Source of the DNA: Candidatus Vogelbacteria bacterium RIFOXYD1_FULL_46_19
GTDB taxonomy: Bacteria > Patescibacteriota > Minisyncoccia > Phycocordibacterales > XYD1-FULL-46-19
NCBI GenBank assembly: GCA_001824825.1
Contig: MHTK01000006.1
Location: 127,842-191,841, forward strand
DNA: 64,000 nucleotides
Direction of reading: 5' to 3'
Of the stretch, positions 28,079-36,378 are shown in pieces (position 1 is the first letter of the stretch; each line of letters opens with the position of its first letter). Both the position numbers and the translations under genes were made by a program. The notes beneath the pieces are model-generated. The model did not search any database, was not told the origin of the DNA, and was given only the letters and a program-made list of their open reading frames with translations.

Positions 28079-28578
28079 AAGGTTTCAATTAAACCCAACT
28101 TATTAATCTCAATCGTCTCGCTCCGAGTGCCAGCCGTAATAGTGATTGATCCCACAGCGGTCGGGCGACCAGTTTGTGAGGTAAAAACCCATTCAGACTC
28201 ACAGCTAGTTGTCACTCCAGCTGGTAGCGCCGGAGGCGGCCGACTAGTTTGTGAGTCAAAAACCCATTCAGACTCACAGCTAGTTGTCACTCCAGCTGGT
28301 AGCCCAAAAATTAGATCCTCCGACTCGTCCCGACTAGCGTAAGACTCACCCTGAAATAACACGTAGGTGTCCGACAAAAATTTGACTCCAAACGACTGAT
28401 CGTTTTTCTGCCACTTGGCTTTAGCTTGGGCTTCCCGTAAAGCCGATTGGACCCCGGTGGTCGTGTCGGCTAAGTGACTGGCCGATAAGTAGCTAAGAGC
28501 CACTGGTAGAAAAAGTCCTAGCAATACGATAAACAAAGCTAGACTGACTATTACCTCGATTAAAGTAAAACCCTTCAT
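28075..28578 (-). CDS. Prepilin-type pseudopilin (GspH-like) carrying an in-frame 25-aa tandem duplication
   Basis: MKGFTLIEVIVSLALFIVLLGLFLP. Repeat units LPAGVTTSCESEWVF(D/T)SQT(S/G)RP x2. Confidence 0.65.
   Translation of the reverse strand: MKGFTLIEVIVSLALFIVLLGLFLPVALSYLSASHLADTTTGVQSALREAQAKAKWQKNDQSFGVKFLSDTYVLFQGESYASRDESEDLIFGLPAGVTTSCESEWVFDSQTSRPPPALPAGVTTSCESEWVFTSQTGRPTAVGSITITAGTRSETIEINKLGLIETL
28166..28303. repeat. Two 63-bp near-identical direct repeats (period 75 bp) inside the pseudopilin gene
   Basis: cgac(c/t)agtttgtgag(g/t)(t/c)aaaaacccattcagactcacagctagttgtcactccagctggtagc at 28166-28228 and 28241-28303. Confidence 0.75.
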
Positions 28579-28591
28579 ATGAAATAGTGAT

Positions 28592-29644
28592 TTAAAATAC
28601 TCCGGATGTTAAATCATAAATCGGCATAATAATCGCCAGGGCCACGAAGCCAACCGCCACCCCGATAAAAATTAATAGGGCCGGCTCCAAAATAGTTGGC
28701 AATTGTTTAGTCTTTGATTGAACAATTTTTATATAATGGTCGGCCAAATAGCCTAGTGATTCATCAATGGTGCCACTTTTCTCACCGGTCGCAATAATAC
28801 TAACTAAATTTTTCGGATAGAGTTTGGGCCAGTCCGCCAGAGCCACCGATAATGGTGTCCCCCCCACCACCCGACTCCCAACCACCAAGAGTGAATCTTC
28901 ATAGTTAACATTGGTCACCGCTCCACTAGTCACTTCAATCGTTTCGCGCAAAGACAAGCCACTTTTTAACAAAGTTTCAAACAATCTAGTCACTAAAGCC
29001 AACTGATAAGTGGCAATGAGACTGCCCACAATCGGGACTTTAATGTAACCTGTGTGCAAAATTTTTCTGACCAGACGTAACTTATTTAACATTTTAAAAG
29101 CGATATAAAAACCGATTAGGCCCAAGATCGCCAAATACCAATAATTTTGAATGAAATGGGTAAACCCGAGTAATAAACGCGTCGCCAGCGGCAACTCTAC
29201 TCGTAGTTGTGAAAATAAAGGAATTAACTTGGGTAAAATATACAAAGACAAACCGGCCCCCATTAAAATAGTGGCTCCAAAAACAAAACGGGGGTAAAAA
29301 GTCGCCGCCTTTATTTCCTGTTTTAGGGTATGGTCTCGCTCTAACCACTCGGCCAAGTAGGCCAAGCTTTCATCCAAAGTACCACTGGATTCCGCCACCT
29401 TAATCATACTGATAAAAACCCCACCAAAGACTTCTCTTTCTGCCTCAAAAGCTTTAGATAAAGAAGTTCCAGCTTGGATCTTTTCGGCTATACCTACAAT
29501 CACTCGCTTAAACGCTCTACTACTAGTTTGTTCCGACAAAGTAAACAGGGCCTCATTGACCGCCATACCACTTTTTAACATGACGGCTAAACTATTAGCA
29601 AACTCAACTTTTTCTCCAGTCTTGATATAATTGAAAATGTTCAC
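28592..29644 (-). CDS. pilC: Type IV pilus inner-membrane platform protein PilC (GspF family)
   Basis: T2SSF-domain pattern with three TM segments. Confidence 0.85.
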   Translation of the reverse strand: MNIFNYIKTGEKVEFANSLAVMLKSGMAVNEALFTLSEQTSSRAFKRVIVGIAEKIQAGTSLSKAFEAEREVFGGVFISMIKVAESSGTLDESLAYLAEWLERDHTLKQEIKAATFYPRFVFGATILMGAGLSLYILPKLIPLFSQLRVELPLATRLLLGFTHFIQNYWYLAILGLIGFYIAFKMLNKLRLVRKILHTGYIKVPIVGSLIATYQLALVTRLFETLLKSGLSLRETIEVTSGAVTNVNYEDSLLVVGSRVVGGTPLSVALADWPKLYPKNLVSIIATGEKSGTIDESLGYLADHYIKIVQSKTKQLPTILEPALLIFIGVAVGFVALAIIMPIYDLTSGVF

Positions 29645-29667
29645 AGCTGTTAATTTAGTGGGTAATC

Positions 29668-31353
29668 TTATGACTTGGTGACCCTGATAATTTCCGCTAG
29701 AGTAGTAATTCCCTGAAAAGCTTTTCTAAGCCCGTCGACCGCCATCGAACTACGGCCCTCGGCCCGCGCCGCTTGCTCGATAGTACCAGCAGAGGCTTTC
29801 TGAATGACCAAGCTTCGTAGTTCTTCATTCATTTCAAAAACTTCAAAAATTCCGATTCGGCCCTGATAGCCAGTCTGATTACAATCATCACATTTTCTTC
29901 CCCGATACAATCTAATATCAGTAACCGCCTTGCCACCAGACAGCTCGACGGCGGCCGCCAGTAACTCCGGATTTTGATTAATGACTAGTTGCTCTTCAGC
30001 TGGTAGCACATAACTCTCCCGACACTTATCACAAATCCGCCTAACCAAACGCTGGGCGATAACAATATTTAAGCTCGAGGCCACCAGAAATGGTTCAACC
30101 CCTAAATCTATTAAACGAGGAAAAGTAGTGGCCGCATCATTGGCGTGTAGAGTAGATAGCAGTAAGTGGCCGGTCATAGCCGCATTAACCGCAATATTAG
30201 CAGTTTCAGTGTCTCTAATTTCACCCACCATTATAATGTCCGGGTCTTGACGCACAATTGATCGTAAACCAGTGGAGAAAGTCACGTTCTTTTTCACATT
30301 CACTGGTATTTGTTGAATATGTTCGATATTATACTCCACTGGGTCTTCGATCGTCATTACATTAACTTCTGGACTGTTTAAAAGTTGCAATAAAGTATAG
30401 AGCGTCGTCGATTTACCGGAACCGGTCGGGCCGACTGAGAGAATCATACCATGGGGTTTTAAGATGGCTTTTTTGATCATCTCTTCATAAGCCGGCGAAT
30501 AGCCCAAATCCGACAAGTTCACTTTATGAGCCGATTCAGTGGTCAAGAGTCTCATGACCACATTTTCACCTCGCGTGGTGGGTACAACCGATACTCGGAC
30601 ATCAAACTTAATTTGATTCGCTGCGTATTCAAAACGACCGTCTTGCGTCGCGGCATGCTCGTCAGTCCGCAAGCGTGACATAATTTTAAGCCGAAAAATA
30701 ATTTTTTCGTGCAAAGGCTTCGGATAAGTCAAAATTTCATGTAAAATACCGTCGATTCGAAAGCGCACTGATGACGATTCTTCCAGTGGTTCAATGTGAA
30801 TATCTGAAGCGCCATTATCATAAGCGTACTCCATAACCAGATTAACCAACTCAATAATTCCCTCCTCACTAGTTTCCTGCTTCGTCAGACTTTGCACCAA
30901 TTGCTCGGCCCGCTCACGTCGGTCACTTTTATAACCCCTAAGGGCCGCCCCAATACTGCCGGCCGTAGTTAAAGCCACGTCGACGCGCTTGCCAGTTTTT
31001 TTCTCTAAGAGCTCAAAAAACTCATAATTATTAGGATTAGTGGTGGCCACCGCCACCCTCTCATCATCTTCGTTATAAACAACCACCTGCTGACTACTAG
31101 CTACTGCTTCCGGAATAATTTGCAATAAGTTTTTATCAATGACCATTTCGTGCAAGGACACAAATCTCAAACCTAAGCTATCGGCCAAAGTCTGACCTAA
31201 ATGGTCGTCAGAAATGTAACCATCTTTTACGAGTACCTCCAGCACCGACTGCTTAAGCTCGGTTGCTCTAGTTAGAGCTCGACCTAACTGTTCCTCAGTC
31301 AAGTGACCAGGTTTAACCAATAAAGAATTTAGTTGTTCGTTTGATACAATCAT
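29668..31353 (-). CDS. pilB: Type IV pilus assembly ATPase PilB (GspE family)
   Basis: Walker A GPTGSGKSTTL. C-terminal tetracysteine CDKC...CDDC. Confidence 0.9.
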   Translation of the reverse strand: MIVSNEQLNSLLVKPGHLTEEQLGRALTRATELKQSVLEVLVKDGYISDDHLGQTLADSLGLRFVSLHEMVIDKNLLQIIPEAVASSQQVVVYNEDDERVAVATTNPNNYEFFELLEKKTGKRVDVALTTAGSIGAALRGYKSDRRERAEQLVQSLTKQETSEEGIIELVNLVMEYAYDNGASDIHIEPLEESSSVRFRIDGILHEILTYPKPLHEKIIFRLKIMSRLRTDEHAATQDGRFEYAANQIKFDVRVSVVPTTRGENVVMRLLTTESAHKVNLSDLGYSPAYEEMIKKAILKPHGMILSVGPTGSGKSTTLYTLLQLLNSPEVNVMTIEDPVEYNIEHIQQIPVNVKKNVTFSTGLRSIVRQDPDIIMVGEIRDTETANIAVNAAMTGHLLLSTLHANDAATTFPRLIDLGVEPFLVASSLNIVIAQRLVRRICDKCRESYVLPAEEQLVINQNPELLAAAVELSGGKAVTDIRLYRGRKCDDCNQTGYQGRIGIFEVFEMNEELRSLVIQKASAGTIEQAARAEGRSSMAVDGLRKAFQGITTLAEIIRVTKS

Positions 31354-31365
31354 AACTAGTCGGCC

Positions 31366-31758
31366 CTAGCCGAGAATGGCTCTAATTTTTTGGACCACCG
31401 ACACCATCGATATATTAGCTTTAACCAAATAATCATTAACACCTTTTTGTTTGGCTTGCTCGATGTCACTTTCTTGACCCAAATTAGACAAAATAATAAT
31501 CGGGATATCTTTGCTGGCTGGATTGTTCTTCACCTCATCAATAACATCAAATCCTGTCTTTTTAGGCATAATCATATCCAAAATGATTAAATCAATGCTT
31601 TCGGTTTTAATTTTCTGAATAGCTTGCTCACCATCCACAGCGGCTATGGTTTTAAAATTTTCCTTTTCTAGCTTGTCGATAAGAACTCGTGACAAAAAAT
31701 CGTCGTCCTCGGCAACTAAGATGGTAAGCTTGTGGGGTTCTGATATAGCTGGGCTCAT
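31366..31758 (-). CDS. Single-domain response regulator (CheY-like receiver)
   Basis: ILVAEDDDF...LIILDMIMPKKTGF...IIILSNLG...K receiver motifs. No output domain. Confidence 0.85.
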   Translation of the reverse strand: MSPAISEPHKLTILVAEDDDFLSRVLIDKLEKENFKTIAAVDGEQAIQKIKTESIDLIILDMIMPKKTGFDVIDEVKNNPASKDIPIIILSNLGQESDIEQAKQKGVNDYLVKANISMVSVVQKIRAILG

Positions 31759-31780
31759 AAATTTAAATATTTTCTAGTTA

Positions 31781-33094
31781 TTATAGTTTAGCCGAGGCTA
31801 GGTGTCGATTGCCGGTGGCCGACTTAGTCCCTTTTTTAACCGGCAAAATCACGGTAAATTTGGTACCCTTGTCCTCTTCTGTTTCAAAGCTAATCCGGCC
31901 ACCAGCCGAATCAACAATCGATTTAACAATATACAAACCTAAGCCGGTACCATCAGTATCTTTATCAATAATATTGTGCCCTCTAAACATTTTCGTAAAC
32001 ACTTTCGACACTTCCTCTTTGGGAATACCGTAGCCGGTGTCACTAACTTCCAAGTGAAGTTGATTTTTTTTGATCAAGGCGGCAACTGTTACCTCACCAC
32101 CGCTCGGAGTATATTTGATAGCGTTTGATAACAAATTTTCCATTATCATTCGCCCGTAACGTGGGTCCATGTTTACCACTCCGATACTTGAACTGTATTT
32201 TTTAATCAAACTGATAGATTTTAATTTCAACTGATAGCTAAAATCAGCAACCGCTTCATCAAGTAACCCGGCCACATCGGTTAAGCGAGCGTCCACAATA
32301 AAAGTATCAAGCTCAATGCGTGATACTTCTAAAATAGAGTTGACCAAAGCAATCATTCGCTGGTTACTATCACTAATACGATGAAGATATTCAGCCTGCT
32401 CACTTTTTAGTTTACCCAAGTCGCCCGTCATCAAAGCTTCGGCGTACCAATTAATAGCTGACAAAGGAGTCCTAAGTTGATGGGAAACCAAGGAAATAAA
32501 CTCGTTTTTAGCTCGATCAATTTGTTTCTCCTTTTCAATATTACGGAAAACAATAATCGCTCCCAGTATCCGCTCCGCTGACACAATCGGCGATACTGAT
32601 ACTGCCGCCGCAAAAGGAGAACCGGTTTGACCCTTCATAATCCAAGCCTCGGAAAAAGTCTTTTTCCTATTTTTTATAGTAGCGGTCACTATTTCTTTGG
32701 TCTCGACACCAGAATCTGGATTAGAGAGTGATACTAGCTTTTCCCACAGTTGTCCGGCTTTTAACTTCTCATTTATATTCAACATTTTTTTGGCCGCTCC
32801 ATTTATTACCTGAATTCGTCCAGCCGTATCCACTACCACTAAGCCTTCCCCCATATTTTCTAAGATCACTCGGTTACGCAAGTTAGATACATGCAATAAT
32901 TTGGTCACAAACAAAAAGTTGGCCATCGCAAACGCCAAGAGCAAAAGTACCGACATCTGCATGGTGACCGTTTGCGAGAGAGCTTCACTGGAGAGCGGCC
33001 AACCCAAAAGTACAGCTAGTAAAACTGAACCGACCAAAATTACCGCTAGTGATAAAATCTTAACTAACGAAGTTTTGAGGTGCGATATTACCAT
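31781..33094 (-). CDS. Membrane sensor histidine kinase with PAS domain
   Basis: Two N-terminal TM helices. H-box HQLRTPLSAI. HATPase_c G-boxes (DTGYGIP, GTGLGLYIVK). Confidence 0.85.
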   Translation of the reverse strand: MVISHLKTSLVKILSLAVILVGSVLLAVLLGWPLSSEALSQTVTMQMSVLLLLAFAMANFLFVTKLLHVSNLRNRVILENMGEGLVVVDTAGRIQVINGAAKKMLNINEKLKAGQLWEKLVSLSNPDSGVETKEIVTATIKNRKKTFSEAWIMKGQTGSPFAAAVSVSPIVSAERILGAIIVFRNIEKEKQIDRAKNEFISLVSHQLRTPLSAINWYAEALMTGDLGKLKSEQAEYLHRISDSNQRMIALVNSILEVSRIELDTFIVDARLTDVAGLLDEAVADFSYQLKLKSISLIKKYSSSIGVVNMDPRYGRMIMENLLSNAIKYTPSGGEVTVAALIKKNQLHLEVSDTGYGIPKEEVSKVFTKMFRGHNIIDKDTDGTGLGLYIVKSIVDSAGGRISFETEEDKGTKFTVILPVKKGTKSATGNRHLASAKL

Positions 33095-33206
33095 TAAAAT
33101 ATTATAGCAGACTTCGCCCGTACGTTTAAACTAGATTCCCGCTATCTATCAGCACCGCCGTCGATACGGCCCGGTCTCTCAACCGGTTTCAACAGGCCGA
33201 TGATTA

Positions 33207-33243
33207 AAAACCTCGAACCCTAGCGGGGTCCGAGGTTTTTTGG
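33207..33243. terminator. Bidirectional intrinsic terminator
   Basis: aaaacctcgaaccc-tagc-ggggtccgaggtttttt. Confidence 0.6.
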
Positions 33244-33258
33244 TTAAACAAAGTGAAT

Positions 33259-33369
33259 TTACTTTTTCTTCTTGTTGGCTAACATGACCCTTTTGACCGC
33301 CAAGCGCTTTTGGGTTTTCTTAGACCGCGAAGTTTTATTTTTAATATCTTGGGATGCTCTTTTAGCCAT
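33259..33369 (-). CDS. Small highly basic 36-aa ORF (MAKRASQDIKNKTSRSKKTQKRLAVKRVMLANKKKK), ribosomal-protein-like composition
   Basis: Manual translation. Lies between the DEAD-box helicase stop and the terminator. Not in ORF track (under 60 aa). Confidence 0.3.
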   Translation of the reverse strand: MAKRASQDIKNKTSRSKKTQKRLAVKRVMLANKKKK

Positions 33370-33423
33370 ATTATATTCTTATATTTTAATTTGTTTAATT
33401 ATACCGCAAAGTAATCTATTCGA

Positions 33424-34644
33424 CTATTCCACGAAGGATAGGGCTTTGCCTTTCTTACCGGCCCGACCAGTTCGGCCAATCCGGTGAATATAATCCTCAT
33501 AAGTGGTTGGTAAGTCAAAATTAATCACGTGCGAAATGTCGGAAATATCCAAGCCGCGGGCCGCCACGTCGGTGGCCACCAAAACCTGAGCGCGATTATT
33601 TTTGAAAGCCTCTAGGGCTCGTTGGCGACCATTATGATTTTTATTACCATGAATAGACTCCGCTCGGAGGCCACGTTTCGACAACATTTCAGCTAAGCGT
33701 TCAACGCCATGCTTAGTCCGACCAAACACTAGGACGCGACTAAAATCTTCCTGCTTCAGCAAATCGTGTAAAATATCCAACTTGTTTTGTCCGGGTTTCA
33801 GTCGGATCACATCCTGATGAACATCCTTAGAGGTGTCTTGAGTTTTAACTGAAATTCTAACTGGTGATTTCAAGAAATCTTTAATCAATATTTCGATGGT
33901 AGACGACAAAGTCGCCGAGAAAAATAAAGTGTGTCGCTCCTTTTTCATCAAAGCGATAATATAACGCATATCATTGATAAAACCCATATCGAGCATTCGA
34001 TCGGCTTCATCTAAAACGACCGTACCAAAAGCCGAGAGGTTTAAAACTCTCCGTTCGATTAAATCTTTCAGTCGTCCAGGAGTACCAATCACAAAGTGAT
34101 TAACGTGACGCAAGCTGGCAATTTGCCGACCAATCGGGGCCCCACCCACACACACCACCGAGTGAATTCCTAGTCGTCTGGCAAAAGTTTTTAATTCTTC
34201 GTCAATCTGAATGGCTAATTCTCTGGTGGGAGCCATAATTAACACTCTTTCTTTAGGGTTCTTTAGAATCTTATCAATCAAAGGGATAACAAAAGCCGCC
34301 GTTTTACCGGTACCGGTATTAGCGATTCCCACCACATCTTCATCTTTTAAGATGTGAGTAATGACTTTATCTTGAATCGGAGTGGGCGTAATGTAACCCT
34401 TGTCGATTATATTTTGCTTCAAACGTTGGTCCACCTCAAAATCCGCAAAGGCATGCTCGGCTACATAAACTTCCACTTCTTCGGTGATAGCGACTTTATT
34501 AATGAGTCGAGAAATATCTAAGGTCGACTTACTACCATAGCCACGACTACCGCTTGACCCTCCCCGCCTCGGCGCGTAACCGCGACCGCTTGAATTTGAC
34601 CGAGAACCGAAACGGTTCCGGGAATTATTATTTCCTTGATACAT
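33424..34644 (-). CDS. DEAD-box ATP-dependent RNA helicase with RGG/GS-rich N-terminal tail
   Basis: Motifs GTGKTAAF, PTRELA, DEAD (VLDEADRMLD), SAT, HRIGRTGRAG. Confidence 0.9.
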   Translation of the reverse strand: MYQGNNNSRNRFGSRSNSSGRGYAPRRGGSSGSRGYGSKSTLDISRLINKVAITEEVEVYVAEHAFADFEVDQRLKQNIIDKGYITPTPIQDKVITHILKDEDVVGIANTGTGKTAAFVIPLIDKILKNPKERVLIMAPTRELAIQIDEELKTFARRLGIHSVVCVGGAPIGRQIASLRHVNHFVIGTPGRLKDLIERRVLNLSAFGTVVLDEADRMLDMGFINDMRYIIALMKKERHTLFFSATLSSTIEILIKDFLKSPVRISVKTQDTSKDVHQDVIRLKPGQNKLDILHDLLKQEDFSRVLVFGRTKHGVERLAEMLSKRGLRAESIHGNKNHNGRQRALEAFKNNRAQVLVATDVAARGLDISDISHVINFDLPTTYEDYIHRIGRTGRAGKKGKALSFVE

Positions 34645-34902
34645 ATACTTCTTATTTTGTTATTACTACCCGAAGATCGAATAGTATGGTTGGCTCAGAG
34701 TAAAAACTTGCGCCTCCGGCTATTGTTAAAAGTAAGGCCGCCGGTATCTCGCAAGTTTCAAATAAAGACAAGCCTTATATTCGAGTTTTTAACCAGCTCG
34801 AATAAAACTAGAGAGAATTTCTTACCCCAGCAGTATATACTAAATCTGACTTTTGTCAACAATAACCATTCTCCACGCGGTTTAGCCTGTTTAGATAAAA
34901 AG

Positions 34903-35050
34903 CGGGGCCGGTAGCTAATCGGCCCCTAACCTAGAGCCCAAGCGAGCGCCAGTCCCATGGTCGCTTTAGGGCCGACCATGGATCCCTACCACCCCAGGTT
35001 GAAGTGGTTTAAACCCCTAGAGGTAATGGCCACCCTCGGTCTAGGCTGAG
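34903..35050 (-). ncRNA. Candidate small structured RNA in divergent intergenic region (GC-rich, hairpin-dense, ends in intrinsic terminator)
   Basis: Stems ccatggtcg/cgaccatgg, gagg..cctc and ggggccg-gtagctaat-cggcccc followed by TTTTT on the minus strand. Located upstream of the TTGACA-16-TATACT promoter of the helicase gene. No ORF. Confidence 0.25.
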
Positions 35051-35170
35051 GTCAGTCTAATACTTTCATCCCTAAATTTCTAGATCTCGATCGATTAAAT
35101 TTTATGCTAAGATTAGGTTCTAGATTAATACCTTTAAGCTAGACCCTTTAACCTTTCAACTCTCAAACTT

Positions 35171-36373
35171 ATGACTAAAAATTTAACTCTACTCGTTATT
35201 AGTGCCTTACTCTTATTCATCATTGTCATCACCGGTCCCACCGCCGAAGCTAAAGTCACCAACGACTCTGATTTGGAAGTAGCCGGCTGGGTTCCCTACT
35301 GGCGCCTAAGTGAAGGCTCTAAGAGTGCCAAAAGACAACTCAAAAAGTTGGACACTATTTACCCTTTTGTTTATTCCGTCACCACGGACGGGGAACTAAA
35401 AGATTTAGGTAATTTAAAAAATAAAGACTGGCAAAGACTGGCCAAAGCGGCTAAAACCAAACGAGTCGAAATCATCCCCACCGTTATGTGGTCTGGTGGG
35501 GCCGACATTCATCGCCTCTTAAGCGATCCGGAATTGCGCCAGAACCACATCAAAGCTATCACCAAGATGGTCAGAAAGGGTAAGTACGCCGGGGTGGATA
35601 TCGACTATGAAGGTAAGCAAGCGGCCACTAAAGACTATTTTTCACTTTTTTTAGCCGAGCTTAAAAGTGAATTAGGTCAAAAAAAATTAGTCTGCACCAT
35701 TGAAGCCCGCACCCCGCCCGCTTCCCTCTACCGTGTCCTACCCCCGGTCATCGCTTATGCCAATGATTACGAAGCTATCGGAGAGCACTGCGACGTGGTA
35801 CAAATTATGGCTTATGACCAGCAACGGGCCGATATCTTGCTAAATGATGAGAGAAAGGGTGCCCCCTATGCCCCCACGGCTGATGTGGATTGGGTGAGAA
35901 AAGTGGTAGAACTAACCACCGCTACCATTCCGGCCGAAAAAATTATGTTGGGCATCCCCACCTACGGAGCAGAATATGAAATTGTGGTTTCGCCCAACTG
36001 GTACCAGCGCTACAGTAAACTCTGGGCCCTCAATCCGGAATATGGCCTAGACACTGCCAAAAAATTCAAGACGGAACCGTCCCGTAATCAAGCCGGGGAA
36101 CTAAGTCTCTCCTATCAAGCTAACCCCACTCTCGCCCCTATCACTTCTCTACTCTCAGTACCTAAAAATACCCCCCGTGGTGAAGTGGCGACGGCTCAAG
36201 CTCTCTCCTACGCAAATTTAACCGGCCAAACTGTCACGGTCAATTATTTATCTTGGAGCGACTCGGGAGCCGTCAAAGCCAAAATTGATTTAGCTCGTGA
36301 GCTGGGTTTGCGCGGTGTCTCCTTGTTTAAAATAGACGGCGGTGAAGACAAAAAAATTTGGTCTCTGTTTTAA
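35171..36373 (+). CDS. Secreted glycoside hydrolase family 18-like protein
   Basis: Signal peptide. GH18 catalytic D-x-D-x-E motif (GVDIDYEG). Confidence 0.6.
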   Translation: MTKNLTLLVISALLLFIIVITGPTAEAKVTNDSDLEVAGWVPYWRLSEGSKSAKRQLKKLDTIYPFVYSVTTDGELKDLGNLKNKDWQRLAKAAKTKRVEIIPTVMWSGGADIHRLLSDPELRQNHIKAITKMVRKGKYAGVDIDYEGKQAATKDYFSLFLAELKSELGQKKLVCTIEARTPPASLYRVLPPVIAYANDYEAIGEHCDVVQIMAYDQQRADILLNDERKGAPYAPTADVDWVRKVVELTTATIPAEKIMLGIPTYGAEYEIVVSPNWYQRYSKLWALNPEYGLDTAKKFKTEPSRNQAGELSLSYQANPTLAPITSLLSVPKNTPRGEVATAQALSYANLTGQTVTVNYLSWSDSGAVKAKIDLARELGLRGVSLFKIDGGEDKKIWSLF

Positions 36374-36378
36374 ACCTC

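Noticed and set aside
33272-33487. 71-aa plus-strand ORF between the helicase gene and the terminator
   Set aside because: It overlaps the helicase 3-prime end and the small basic ORF on the other strand. It is hydrophobic and low-complexity with no start context. Likely spurious.
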